64,000 nt of DNA from an uncultured Gammaproteobacteria bacterium (GTDB lineage Bacteria; Pseudomonadota; Gammaproteobacteria; UBA9214): the NCBI GenBank assembly GCA_963773065.1, contig CAVYZN010000022.1:13113-77112 (forward strand), in the 5' to 3' direction. Shown here piece after piece: positions 49,535 through 61,754 of the stretch. The translations under genes and the position numbers were made by a program. Every line of letters starts with the position of its first letter. Positions within the stretch are counted from its first letter, which is position 1. The notes under the pieces were generated by a model that was given only the letters and a program-made list of their open reading frames with translations, had not been told where the DNA came from and did not search any database.

Positions 49535-50824
49535 ATGCACCTTGCATTGAAGACGCTGCTCAACCGCGTTGAGCCGATGAAGGGGTTTGTCTATGAGTCG
49601 AGCCGAATCAGCACGGCGGTCGGCACTCGAAGGGGGAGCTTGTCCGCCTGTGTGCCGAGCATCGAGATCGGTCTTCGCGCGCATCAGGGCAAGCATGGCA
49701 AGTGCTCGCAGTGCCTGTTGCCGGCGCCGGGGTACGACAGGCTGGCGGAGCGGTGCTTTCAATTTGTGCCACTGTGGGGAATGACGACTTGGTTCGTGTA
49801 CGCGCCACGGCGGCTGGAGTGCGTTCGGTGTGGTATTCACGTGGAGCATCTACCGTGGGCCTTGGGCAAGCGCCCGGTCACGCAGAGTTTTGCCTGGTTC
49901 CTCGCCAGTTGGGCCAAACTGCTGAGCTGGCAGGTGGTATCCCGGCGCTTCCAGACCAGCTGGGAGAGCGTATTTCGCTCCGTCGAGATGGCGGTGATCT
50001 GGGGACGCGAACGCATGGATCTCACCGGTATTTCGGCTATCGGCGTGGATGAAATCTACTGGAAGAAGGGCAAGTTCCTCACGCTGGTGTATCAGATCAA
50101 CCAGGGTATGAAGCGGCTGTTGTTTGTCATCGAGGATCGACAAGAGAAGAGCCTGCGTAAGTTCTTCGTCTGGTTCGGCAAGGAACGTAGTGCGCTCATC
50201 GAGTTCGTCTGCTCGGACATGTGGAAGCCCTATCTTAATGTCATCGCCAAGCACGCACCCAACGCGCTGAACATCCTGGATCGCTATCACATTGCCGCCA
50301 AGATGAACAAAGCCATCGATGAGGTTCGCGCGAAGGAAACACACGCTCTGAAACTCCTCGCTAAAGGAGCGAAGGTGATCCTCACGCACTCGCGCTGGTG
50401 TCTGTTGAAGCGCCCTGAGAACTTGAACGAGAACCAGGCGACCAAGCTCAAGGATCTGCTCTTGTACAACCTGAAATCCATACGGGCCTACCTGCTCAAG
50501 GAAGAGTTCCAGCTGTTTTGGGAGTATGTCTCCCCGGCGTGGGCGGAAAAGTTCCTGGACCAATGGTGCAAAAAGGTGATGCGATCGCGCCTTGAGCCGA
50601 TGAAGAAGATCGCACGCATGATCCGTACGCACAAGCCGCTTATCCTGAACTGGTTCGAGGCGCGCGATGAAGTCTCACTCGGCGCAGTCGAGGGCCTGAA
50701 CAACAAACTCAAGGCGAGTATCAGAACATCCTACGGATTTCGAACCGCGAAGGCGATAAAGATTATGCTTTATCATAAACTTGGGGCGCTACCCGAGCCA
50801 CAGCTCACCCACAGATTCTGCTGA
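49535..50824 (+). CDS. ISL3-family transposase of element B
   Basis: CSQC/CVRC zinc finger, IGVDE, CSDMWKPY, LDRYHI, VEGLNNK, YGFRT. Confidence 0.92.
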   Translation: MHLALKTLLNRVEPMKGFVYESSRISTAVGTRRGSLSACVPSIEIGLRAHQGKHGKCSQCLLPAPGYDRLAERCFQFVPLWGMTTWFVYAPRRLECVRCGIHVEHLPWALGKRPVTQSFAWFLASWAKLLSWQVVSRRFQTSWESVFRSVEMAVIWGRERMDLTGISAIGVDEIYWKKGKFLTLVYQINQGMKRLLFVIEDRQEKSLRKFFVWFGKERSALIEFVCSDMWKPYLNVIAKHAPNALNILDRYHIAAKMNKAIDEVRAKETHALKLLAKGAKVILTHSRWCLLKRPENLNENQATKLKDLLLYNLKSIRAYLLKEEFQLFWEYVSPAWAEKFLDQWCKKVMRSRLEPMKKIARMIRTHKPLILNWFEARDEVSLGAVEGLNNKLKASIRTSYGFRTAKAIKIMLYHKLGALPEPQLTHRFC

Positions 50825-51114
50825 GGATCCGTTTATTTCATCATTGTTTATTTCATCGTTAGCGGAAGCAGGACCTATTGAGCTTATGACAGACGAGTGA
50901 TTCATGGCTCCCCTCCTTGGGGTCTACGCACCGGCGACTGGCCGGTTGCAATGGAATGCCTGATTGCATTACTCAGGTAAATGGACGGTACGCTGTTGAG
51001 GGATTATTGCAAGAAGTATTACTGAACGACAGGGCCGTGGAAAGCCAGGCAGAGAGGATTAGGTAGATAGCTCAGGTCAAGGCCGTCACAAGTCATGCCA
51101 CGCACTCCGGGATA

Positions 51115-51225
51115 GGCGTGCCGGGACACGCCGTGAATACGTCCCTGCAGGCTCGCGTGTCGCCCTGCCGTCATCAGGCAGGACATTGCAGGAGCAATTG
51201 CCGAGCCTGGAGCGATGGCCTACTC
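51115..51225. repeat. MITE/REP-like repeat fragment (family A)
   Basis: cgggacacgccgtgaatacgtccctgcaggctc and gcaggagcaattgccgag match blocks of 31350-31640. Confidence 0.55.
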
Positions 51226-51254
51226 AGGCTGACACTCTTGTCAGATGGTCAAAT

Positions 51255-51383
51255 TTAACGAGTCTTGTCATTGCCCAGGAAATCCTTGGATTCCTTCCTG
51301 GACCTCTTCGCAGCCTTCTTTTCTTTCGGGGTCATGGCCGGTTTCTTCTTGTCTTCCTTGTTACTTCTGCGTTCTTTCGTCAT
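51255..51383 (-). CDS. Small Lys/Arg-rich protein (42 aa)
   Basis: RBS ggag; MTKERRSNKEDKKKPAMTPKEKKAAKRSRKE; divergent from the cold-shock gene. Confidence 0.65.
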   Translation of the reverse strand: MTKERRSNKEDKKKPAMTPKEKKAAKRSRKESKDFLGNDKTR

Positions 51384-51765
51384 GGTGTCCGCTCCAAATA
51401 ATTGATGGGTGATCTTCAGGCCAACGACTGTCATACCCGGCGTCCTGAGCCAGGTCAATGATATCCTGGCGATGCTTTACAGAATACTGAACGCCGAGGG
51501 ACGGGTGTTCGTCCTTGAGGATCTGGGAAATATCCTGCTATCTGCCGAGTGAAATGCCAAGGGGTTTGGAGGTTGTGAGCATAAATTATTCGTGCAAAAA
51601 AATACATGGCTTCTTGGTCGGATATGATATATGGTGTTCCCCGGTAGCAGATATTTTGTAGCGATTCCGGCAGTTCCTCGCAGTGTATACAGTAGATCCT
51701 CCCGTGAGTTATCAAAAACAATCTGCATGCTAATACATTATTCATTTCTCCATGAGGTAAGCTAA

Positions 51766-51969
51766 ATGGCTACAGGTACTGTGAAGTGGTTCAACGATAG
51801 TAAAGGTTTTGGATTTATTACCCCATCTGACGGGGGTGATGACGTATTCGTCCATCATTCCGCCATTCAGGCCAGCGGGTTCAAATCGCTGGCTGAGGGT
51901 CAGCAGGTGACTTTTAATACCGAGCGTGGCCCGAAGGGCCCGAGTGCAACCAACGTTATCCCGCAATAG
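51766..51969 (+). CDS. Cold-shock protein (CspA family)
   Basis: [29 protein letters not shown]; RBS gagg. Confidence 0.96.
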   Translation: MATGTVKWFNDSKGFGFITPSDGGDDVFVHHSAIQASGFKSLAEGQQVTFNTERGPKGPSATNVIPQ

Positions 51970-51999
51970 TCCAACCCGGGCAATACCAGCCCAGGACAG

Positions 52000-52027
52000 A
52001 AGCCCTGCCATTAGGCGGGGCTTTTTT
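52000..52027 (+). terminator. Rho-independent terminator
   Basis: aagccctgcc-atta-ggcggggctt followed by T-run. Confidence 0.85.
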
Positions 52028-52114
52028 ATGGTCAATACCAAATGCAAACTCTGCAGACGGGGTTGAGATCGGGGTTTGCGGCCAGTGTGCGCTTGTTCTT
52101 TTGTGGATCATGGG

Positions 52115-52591
52115 TCATGCGAGCCATAACTGCGCAAGCGACGCATGAGTTCCTCCTCCACTGATATCCGGGATAATACTCAGTTCCAGAATCGTCAGCC
52201 CTTCGAGATCGACGACGTAGTCTTCGAGTTCGCGGGTCATACCCGGCGGGCTGAAGTTATACTGCTGACGTACTATCTCACGGTAGGATGCCCCACTATC
52301 CGGGGACCAGCGCAGCACGAATTCCTGTGTGCGCCCCCGCTCATCTTCCTGAAACACCAAGTGAATACGACGGATCCTGTGCGGCTTGTCGAACAGCAGG
52401 CGAATCGTCTGCTTCCCGGGTTGTTGCGCGCGCCAGCCAGACCCGGTAGTCATTATCAATGCCGATTCGATCGGATGTTCCGTGTCCTCGGACGTCATCT
52501 CTACCTGTGCCAGGTGTTCCACGTCAAGCCAATCCTGATAATCGGCGGGTGAAGTCCCTTGAGCGCCCTGGTGAATAATCTGCTTACGCAT
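52115..52591 (-). CDS. Galactose-binding-like/discoidin-fold hypothetical protein
   Basis: TSEDTEHPIESAL, GWRA, QTIRLLFD, TQEFVLRWS, IVRQQYNFSP. Confidence 0.65.
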   Translation of the reverse strand: MRKQIIHQGAQGTSPADYQDWLDVEHLAQVEMTSEDTEHPIESALIMTTGSGWRAQQPGKQTIRLLFDKPHRIRRIHLVFQEDERGRTQEFVLRWSPDSGASYREIVRQQYNFSPPGMTRELEDYVVDLEGLTILELSIIPDISGGGTHASLAQLWLA

Positions 52592-52930
52592 GCGTTAGCT
52601 CCTGTCGTTACTATCCCATCTGACACGGCAGCCTAACATATATGCGGGCGAGCGGATCAATCTATAAATCAAACCTCTCTACCTAGTAACGTCGGTTACT
52701 TTCAGTTTGAGACGGCGCAACCAGCGGGCGTCGAACCGAAGGAGGCCGGAGGGTGGGTTTGTCCCACGATCTTTCGTGACAACCGCGGAAAACCGTGACC
52801 CGTCCGCCAATAATTCGACGTGAGAGTGGCATGGAAGACGGGTTGCGCCGCCGTGATTCCCCGGCGTGATGGCTGCAAATTTTTTATTACTCAATACGAT
52901 AGCTTCCCGGGACAGGGCTAGATGCCGACG

Positions 52931-52946
52931 TGGCATGCATGATGCT
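52931..52946 (+). promoter_or_regulatory. Putative sigma54 (-24/-12) promoter
   Basis: TGGCATGCATGATGCT, GG-N10-GC, about 45 nt upstream of the 52992 ATG. Confidence 0.65.
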
Positions 52947-52991
52947 TACTTACCAGTCAGAAGATGCCACATGCTGACGGAGTCAAAGACC

Positions 52992-53315
52992 ATGAACCGA
53001 TTGCTGACCAGTGAATGTCTCAGGAAAGAAAATCTCACCTATGACGGCACCGGGGGAGTGAGCGGGGGAATCGCACGAGCGGTTTCATACCCGCCTTCCG
53101 CGACAGCGCCACCGGGCGGGTGGAACCCAGCCGGATGTCCGATGGCGCGCTGGCTCCCATGCATCTGCTGGCCGGTCTGCCCCGCGAATGGGTGGTGACA
53201 CGGGGAGACTCGAATGAGGTGCTGGCCGTCAAGGCGACAGTGATCGCCGGTTTCCTGCACGCCGGTACTGTTCTATACCCGCGATCAGGCGGCACGGGCG
53301 GTGGCGCTGCACTGA
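52992..53315 (+). CDS. Conserved hypothetical protein (~107 aa; indels)
   Basis: MNRLLTSECLRKEN...GTGGVS / GFIPAFRDSATG...APMHLLAGLP...VIAGF / RDQAARAVALH* across frames; RBS ggag. Confidence 0.65.
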
Positions 53316-53736
53316 AAAGCCGATCCCCGGCCCCATTATTCCGTAGCCAGTCCCACAATCCGCACAATTGACCCCGTGCCAGCCCGCCTCAAGCGGGCGA
53401 TTCCACTATATCAGAACCCATCATTGAGGGATCGGTGCGGCTCACCCCCGATAGACATCCCAAATGCCGCATCTATAATGGTGGAAACCAAGCGACGACT
53501 GATAGGGATTGGTCATCCAGACCGCTGCAATACCTCCTCTCACCTGCAATATACCCTCGCGTTGCGGAAAACCCGTTCGCGTCCTGCAGGTCCGGCAGGA
53601 GCCAACCGGCCGTGCAGCCGAGAGCGTTGAACCCGGTGATTAGCAGTTGTTGAGAGGGTAGGCGTGCCCCCGGGGCGGGGTGGTTTACCGATAAAATAAC
53701 GTTGAAACATCTGGGGAATCAGGAAGGAATAACCTT

Positions 53737-55647
<1,911 letters not shown>

Positions 55648-55717
55648 CCACCTGGGGTCTCGCCTCTCAAATTCATTATGGAAGCCATGACGTGAATTCG
55701 TCATTGCGAGGAACAAA

Positions 55718-55885
55718 GTGAATACCCCACCGGCTAAAGCCGGTGGCTTCGGATTACGGCTGAAAGCCGGATTGATCGGCCATTCGACCGATCACCGTCA
55801 TACAACGGTAAAATCATCGTCTGGCTCTGGCGGCTGCTGATTCTTGATGTATTCCTTTCAGATATCATCTGTCACATCCCCACTC
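55718..55885 (-). mobile_element. IS200/IS605 tnpA 3' remnant with end hairpins
   Basis: GDVTDDI*KEYIKNQQPPEPDDDF carries the Y1 YxxxQ motif and an in-frame stop; hairpin ccaccggctaaagccggtgg. Confidence 0.7.
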
Positions 55886-55921
55886 AAACGCCGTACTGCA
55901 ACCCTTCATAGCAGGTTCCGA

Positions 55922-56356
55922 TTACTTTACATAGACCGTTATCTTTTTCGAATAAACCGGCGGGTTGTGAGGAATGTGATTGTAATCGCCCATCAGCAAC
56001 TGCAGGGTGTGCTTGCCCGGCGGCAGCTCGAGCATCGTTTCGGTTTGCCCGCCCCCGAAATGCAGGTGATTCCGATCCGAGGGAATCTCTTCATCGAACG
56101 CAGGCAAATCCGTATCGATCAACAGATGATGATGCCCGGTGTTGGGTGCATCCACGCCCTTCGGGGCGACACCCATGTTCCGCAGGCCGAACCAGACCCG
56201 AAAAGGTTGGCCGGCTGGAAGCACATCACCATCATTTGGCCAGCCGATGTAGAGGTAGGCATCCTTCGGCGCCGGTGTCGTGCCGGCCACCGTGACGCCT
56301 GAGACAGCCATCAGAACAAGCAATGAGGCAGCAATCTGTTTGATCATGGATTTCAT
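55922..56356 (-). CDS. Secreted DUF4399-family protein
   Basis: Signal peptide, GVAPKG, GHHHLLID, HLHFGGGQTE, LPPGKHTLQL, HIPH. Confidence 0.85.
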   Translation of the reverse strand: MKSMIKQIAASLLVLMAVSGVTVAGTTPAPKDAYLYIGWPNDGDVLPAGQPFRVWFGLRNMGVAPKGVDAPNTGHHHLLIDTDLPAFDEEIPSDRNHLHFGGGQTETMLELPPGKHTLQLLMGDYNHIPHNPPVYSKKITVYVK

Positions 56357-56455
56357 TCTCTCATTGTGTAAGGACCGGCATCCGCAATGTATGCCTCTCA
56401 TGAAACGATCTACCGGTGCCTGCATTATTGAGCACAAGTGCGGAACTGATTCTTT

Positions 56456-56890
56456 TCAATAGGGTGGCACAGTTATCGTGATTTTCTTCGAATAAAGGGG
56501 TGGATCATGCGGCACGTGATTGTAGTCGCCAAAGAGAAGCTGCAGGGTATGTTTGCCCGGCGGCAGATCCTCAATACGCGCCTCGGTCTGACCGCCGCCG
56601 AAATGAAGGTGATTCCGATCCGAGGGGATTTCCTCATCCAGCGGCGGGAGGTCAGTGTCGATCAACAGGTGGTGATGCCCTACATTAGGCATATTGACGC
56701 CTTTAGGCGCAACGCCTGCATTGCGCAGGCCCATGCGCACCCATAACTTGCCGCCCTGTATTACTGCACCGTCGGGCGGCCAGATGATATACTCCTCGGC
56801 GTCCTTGGGCGCCGGAGTCCTTTCCGCAAATGCGTAACCGGCCGCGAACATACTCACTGCCGCCGCGATCAAGATTATCCCCCTTAACAT
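56456..56890 (-). CDS. Secreted DUF4399-family protein (tandem paralog)
   Basis: Same motifs as the neighbouring gene. Confidence 0.85.
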   Translation of the reverse strand: MLRGIILIAAAVSMFAAGYAFAERTPAPKDAEEYIIWPPDGAVIQGGKLWVRMGLRNAGVAPKGVNMPNVGHHHLLIDTDLPPLDEEIPSDRNHLHFGGGQTEARIEDLPPGKHTLQLLFGDYNHVPHDPPLYSKKITITVPPY

Positions 56891-57245
56891 CCTCGGCTCT
56901 CCTCACAGAATTGTCATGACACTGCCTGAAGCTTACGGCCAAGCTCTTCAATGGGTGCGATCCGTGGGGGATTGATTAGCCCCCTGGAATATGACACCGC
57001 ACGCCGCACAGCTAATCCAAAAGAATAGATGAGTACTCCGGTAAATCAAGAGAACACTGGAATTCACTGAGCCTCCCACGAAGGCAAGTTCCCGAAAACG
57101 CCGCATACCGACACAGTAATTGCTCCTGCGGTGAAAGGCAATATAATGCCGACTGCATCTGTCCACGATCGTTGCGGATAGTGCCGATCGGGTTGCGGAC
57201 ATGTATGTGCTGGCCTAACTTGGCATTATACTGAGGGCACTACCA

Positions 57246-59396
57246 ATGTATACCACCGCGGCCATGGAGCTGAACCTCATGATGCGACTACTCTTCACAG
57301 TCGGCCTTTTATATATGACCACCGGTGTGAGCAGTGCGTCCTCCACGGTGCCGCCGACCGGCATGTCCGTAGATGGAACATCCGGATCACGGGATGAGAT
57401 ACATTTAGGGTTTGAGAAAATGCAACGTGTCGCGCTGATCATTGGCAATGCGGCTTACCCGGACTGGCCGCTGGCGACACCGCTCAACGATGCGCGGGCA
57501 ATGACGGAACTGCTGCACTCCCTGGGGTTCACGGTGATTCTGCGTGAAAATGCCACCCGGCGTGAGATGCATGAGGCGTTGCGGGAATTCGGCAAGCGCC
57601 TTGGTAGCGGGGGCACCGGACTTTTCTATTATGCCGGGCACGGTCTACAACTGGACGGTTCTACCTTGCTGCTGCCGGTGGACGCCCCCCCGGTTTCCGT
57701 TGATTCCGTGCGCCGCAGCGCCATCACTCTCGACACCATACTCGAGCAGATGTCTCTGCCGCGGAGCAACAAGCTGAACCTGGTCATCCTCGACACCTGC
57801 CAGAACGAACCGTTTGTGCATGCATCCTCGATCACGGGTGGCGGCCATGACGATCCGGTGGTGCCTGAGAATACGCTGCTCGCCTATGCGACTTCCCCTG
57901 GCACTCTGGCCTCAGACGGGTATGGTATTCACAGTTCCTATACATCTGAGCTTATCCAGGGACTACTGGCTGTGCCCGGCACAAGTATTGAGCAGATTTT
58001 CAAACGGGTCAGCTTCGCGGTCAGTCAAGGGTCTGGATACCAGCAGGTACCCCGGATGTACTCCACAATTTCCCAGGCAGTTTACCTGTCCGCGTCCATG
58101 ACCCACATCGCCTCGCGCCGTCTTCTGACGCTGGCACAAGGTGCTGAAGCGGAGGCGGGTAACCTCAGTCTGAGCCGCGGCATCCTGCCACAGAGCGGCG
58201 AGGCCCGCTACGAACTCGAGTTCTGGGAATCGATCAAGAACAGCACCGATGCCTCTGATTATGAAGCATATCTTGAGACTTATCCAAACGGGCGGTTTGC
58301 TCCGCTTGCCAGGGTCCGCGCCCAACGTTACCGGACATCGGCCACCGGGGAGCCTGAGCAGGCCGCGCTCAAGATCGAGGAAATGGATGCGCAGTATCTC
58401 GTCACCAGTAGCGTGAATATCCGGGAGTTGCCTTCAACGAAGTCACGGCAACTCGGTGTCATACAGGCCGGACAGACTGCCCATGTCACGGGCCGGTTAC
58501 TCGACAGAAGCTGGTATCGTATCGTAACGGGTGAGGGAACCGTTGCCTACGTCTCCGCGGAGCGGCTGAGGAAACCCGTCCCCGCGCCGCCCGCCGCACC
58601 CGTTACACCAGCCGCACCGAAACCCGTCATCATCTCTCCTGCGGAAAAGCCGGCGTCAACCCCCCCGATCGCTCAGGACCACGCAGAAACCCGTGACTGC
58701 CCCACCTGCCCGGTGATGATCAGCCTGCCGGCAGGTTCATACACCATGGGTTCCTCGCCGGGAGATCCCAGTGAACGTCCTCCTCACAAGGTCTCGATTA
58801 CTCGGTCCTTTGCCATCGGCATGTATGAAGTCACTGCCGAACAATGGAGCGAGTGCGTCAAGGCAGGTGCCTGCAGCTACAAACCGAATATCTCCGGTGT
58901 GCTCGACAAAACCGCTGCTCGGGATCTGAGTTGGAGCGATGCGCAGCAGTACGTCAAATGGTTGAGCAAGATCACTGGCAAGGCATACCGGCTTCCCACC
59001 GAGGCCGAATGGGAATATGCGGCGCGAGCGGGTACAGACAGGCGTTTCTGGTGGGGTGACACAGCAGGCGCTGGCAAGGCGGACTGCAAGGGATGCGGTG
59101 GAAAGTGGAGTGACGAGGCGCCGGCTGATATCGACGCCTTTCCCGCCAATCCCTTTGGCCTTTATGGCATGAACGGCGGTGTCTGGGAATGGGTGGCCGA
59201 CTGCTGGCACAAGTCATACAACGGCGCTCCAGCCGATGGCAGTGCGTGGGACAACGGAGATTGCCGCGAACGGGTGATCCGGGGCGGTTCCTGGCGGAAC
59301 GATACGAGCTATGCCCATTCAGCCAGCCGCTTCAAATACGACGCGGATGTACGGTACTTGCTGAACGGCTTCCGTGTCGCGAAGACGCTTCCCTGA
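57246..59396 (+). CDS. Caspase-like (C14) + SH3-like + FGE-sulfatase-domain protein, probably exported
   Basis: RVALIIGNAAY, YYAGHG, ILDTC dyad; VNIRELPS...WYRI; RLPTEAEWEYAAR, NPFGLYGMNGGVWEW, RGGSW, GFRVAK. Confidence 0.88.
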   Translation: MYTTAAMELNLMMRLLFTVGLLYMTTGVSSASSTVPPTGMSVDGTSGSRDEIHLGFEKMQRVALIIGNAAYPDWPLATPLNDARAMTELLHSLGFTVILRENATRREMHEALREFGKRLGSGGTGLFYYAGHGLQLDGSTLLLPVDAPPVSVDSVRRSAITLDTILEQMSLPRSNKLNLVILDTCQNEPFVHASSITGGGHDDPVVPENTLLAYATSPGTLASDGYGIHSSYTSELIQGLLAVPGTSIEQIFKRVSFAVSQGSGYQQVPRMYSTISQAVYLSASMTHIASRRLLTLAQGAEAEAGNLSLSRGILPQSGEARYELEFWESIKNSTDASDYEAYLETYPNGRFAPLARVRAQRYRTSATGEPEQAALKIEEMDAQYLVTSSVNIRELPSTKSRQLGVIQAGQTAHVTGRLLDRSWYRIVTGEGTVAYVSAERLRKPVPAPPAAPVTPAAPKPVIISPAEKPASTPPIAQDHAETRDCPTCPVMISLPAGSYTMGSSPGDPSERPPHKVSITRSFAIGMYEVTAEQWSECVKAGACSYKPNISGVLDKTAARDLSWSDAQQYVKWLSKITGKAYRLPTEAEWEYAARAGTDRRFWWGDTAGAGKADCKGCGGKWSDEAPADIDAFPANPFGLYGMNGGVWEWVADCWHKSYNGAPADGSAWDNGDCRERVIRGGSWRNDTSYAHSASRFKYDADVRYLLNGFRVAKTLP

Positions 59397-59462
59397 AACA
59401 AACTGCATCAATAATCGATAGACAGGCTGATTCCTATCACCTGCCGCAGACCGGTCCCGCGG

Positions 59463-61748
59463 CTATTCGGATTTCTGCGGGGTTTCGCGGATGCGATCGT
59501 GCGGTGATTTCGGTTTTGTGCTGATGAGGACAAAATCGGCGGTCAGCCTGTCCTTGCCGGACTCCTTCGCCATAAGCGCCAGTTGTGCCTCGACCGCCGC
59601 CAGGTATTCACTCCCGGATTCGTGTTCGTCTCTCGATGTTGTGAACAAGGGCCTTGGTGTGACCAGTACCGTGACCATCTCGGTTCCAAACGGCTCCGCG
59701 ATGATCCATTCACCCAGATCCCCGAGCGTCGCGGAATAGTTTGCAGGTGCCTGATTACCCTGTGCGCCGGGACTCGGCAGCATGTGGACGACCCTGCCAT
59801 CCAGAGAGTAGTAGTCGATATTCACATACGTATCATAGGGCGGTGTCGTTATTTTAACGATGAGGGGATCACCTTCGCTGAATTCGGCCGTCCCGTTTGC
59901 CGTGCGGATCGAGGTGCCCTCCTCCTTATGATGGTTGATCGTCCAGTAGGGTGCATAGACATCCAGCACTTTGCACTTTTCCTCACTAACCTGCCGCAGA
60001 TCGGTGCTGATTTCCCGGGCACCGGGCAAGCCGAGAAGTTCACGCTTGAGATCCTTGATATCCAGCCGCAGGGAGACGTAGCCGCGCAGCCGCACGGCGC
60101 CATCGGTAACCGAGGTCTCCAATGCCGCGCACGGTAGCCGTTCAACCACCGCCATCACGGCGGCAAGCGAGAGGCCCGGCGATTTCTGCGCGGTGGGTGC
60201 GACTGGTGGGACCGGAGCTTCTGTCGGCTTTCCTCGCGCCGGCACGGCCATACCTGTCGACGATGTCGATGCCGATCCAGGCGACGACACCACCGGCGGG
60301 CGAATTGCAGGGGAGGACGGTTTTTGGCCGGTGAGCTCCGGTCTGGGAACAACCGCCAACTGGTGCGGTGTTCCGCCGAACAAGGCGCGTCTGACATCCG
60401 GGTTGGTATAGAAGTAAGCACCCGCTCCGGCAATCAGTAGCATGGCGACCAGGCCGCCGGCCAATAGGGGATAGGGCACCGGGAGGGTGCGTTCGCACTT
60501 GAGCTCGCTCATGAACTGCCTGACAGTCGGTGTCCTCTTGTCACGCTCGAATGCGAGCGCAGATTTGAATGCCTTCCACTGTCTGCGCCCCTGGTTCTTC
60601 CTGCGTTCCAGCACAAGTCCGCCATCCCGCGCCTCTGTCGCCTGCATACGGCCAAAGGGGTGACGGCCGGTGCACATCTCGTAGGCTATGCAGGCAAGCG
60701 CATAGATGTCATCCCGCGGATCGGGCTGGCAATGTTCGATCATCTCAGGGCTTGCATAGGTCGGTGTCAGTGCGCCTAGCGATCCGGGGTCGAAGCGCGT
60801 GGCTTCCTTATCTGTTTCATCCGGTCTCTGGAAGGCGCGCGCAATCCCGAAGTCGATTACCTTCACCTGACCGGTGTCGGTAATGATTATATTGGCGGGT
60901 TTCAGATCGGCGTGAACAATGCCGTTGTCGTGCGCGAAGATCAGCGCATTGGCAATCCCATCCAGGATATGGATTGCCTCCTCGCGGGGTAGGCCAATGA
61001 AACCGGGCGCCCTGAGCTTTTGCACCAGCGACGTGCCGGAGAGGTACTCCATCGTCATGTAAACCGTGGGGCCGTCCCGGTCAAAATCGTATACACGGAC
61101 GATATTGGGGTGTGCCAGTGTCTGGGATTTCTTGGCTTCCCGCTGCAGAGCAATCAGTGAATCCGGATGCGAGCGGAATTCCACATTCAGGACCTTGACC
61201 GCCACGTAGGGATTGCGGTCATGTGCTTCGAGTTTGCGTCGATCCTGTGCCTTGTAGACCGTGCTCATGCCGCCGGAACCGATACAGTTTTCCAGCACGA
61301 AACGGTTATTCAGGACGTCGCCCGTGCCTTTGGTGCGTTCGGGTTTCATCAACGGCGGCATCCCGGATTTCGCACCGGCCGCGGTGGATAAATCGGATAC
61401 GCTGGCCTGGTTTTCACTGGTGGAGGATCGCACTTCGTTGAACACACTGGTTGCGAGCAGGGTGCGGCTTTGATCGGGATCGACAAAGCCCCCATACTCC
61501 ACGTCCGCTTCCTCTTTGCCGGACTCATGCTCCTGCTTATTCTGCGCCGAGAATTCAATTCGTTGCTTTACCGCATCGTGAATATCGGATGGCAAGGGCG
61601 TCCTGGTGTTTTCCTCGGCCAGGCTCTGCAACAACCAGGTTTCGTCGGCGCGCCCAGCCGTGAGAATGCGGTCGACTTCCGCGAATAACTCTTCCCTGGA
61701 CAGCTGCCCGCTTCGAAAGGATCTGATCGACTGAGCAAGACTGGCCAT
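59463..61748 (-). CDS. Membrane Ser/Thr protein kinase with extracytoplasmic C-terminus (DUF4384-like)
   Basis: IGSGGMSTVY, VAVK, HADLKPAN, DFG, YASPE; TM helix LLAGGLVAMLLIAGAGAYFY. Confidence 0.9.
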   Translation of the reverse strand: MASLAQSIRSFRSGQLSREELFAEVDRILTAGRADETWLLQSLAEENTRTPLPSDIHDAVKQRIEFSAQNKQEHESGKEEADVEYGGFVDPDQSRTLLATSVFNEVRSSTSENQASVSDLSTAAGAKSGMPPLMKPERTKGTGDVLNNRFVLENCIGSGGMSTVYKAQDRRKLEAHDRNPYVAVKVLNVEFRSHPDSLIALQREAKKSQTLAHPNIVRVYDFDRDGPTVYMTMEYLSGTSLVQKLRAPGFIGLPREEAIHILDGIANALIFAHDNGIVHADLKPANIIITDTGQVKVIDFGIARAFQRPDETDKEATRFDPGSLGALTPTYASPEMIEHCQPDPRDDIYALACIAYEMCTGRHPFGRMQATEARDGGLVLERRKNQGRRQWKAFKSALAFERDKRTPTVRQFMSELKCERTLPVPYPLLAGGLVAMLLIAGAGAYFYTNPDVRRALFGGTPHQLAVVPRPELTGQKPSSPAIRPPVVSSPGSASTSSTGMAVPARGKPTEAPVPPVAPTAQKSPGLSLAAVMAVVERLPCAALETSVTDGAVRLRGYVSLRLDIKDLKRELLGLPGAREISTDLRQVSEEKCKVLDVYAPYWTINHHKEEGTSIRTANGTAEFSEGDPLIVKITTPPYDTYVNIDYYSLDGRVVHMLPSPGAQGNQAPANYSATLGDLGEWIIAEPFGTEMVTVLVTPRPLFTTSRDEHESGSEYLAAVEAQLALMAKESGKDRLTADFVLISTKPKSPHDRIRETPQKSE

Positions 61749-61754
61749 ACGGAA

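Larger units (their letters stand above)
47870..50830 (+). mobile_element. ISL3-family element B with passenger gene, containing nested element A copy 2
   Basis: Ends ggctattccgcacaaaatgtgggt / acccacagattctgctgaggatcc; perfect 8-bp TSD gtttattt (47862-47869, 50831-50838). Confidence 0.88.
47634..50905 (-). pseudogene. Small HMA-like/ferredoxin-fold gene interrupted by ISL3 element B
   Basis: 5' part 50831-50905 (RBS aaggagg, MNHSSVISSIGPASANDEINNDEIN) joins in frame across the TSD to 47634-47869 (NNVEIIVHINETMD...AQIVGPI*). Confidence 0.75.

Noticed and set aside
58700-59396. Diversity-generating retroelement target (FGE/CLec fold)
   Set aside because: No reverse transcriptase or template repeat seen in the window.
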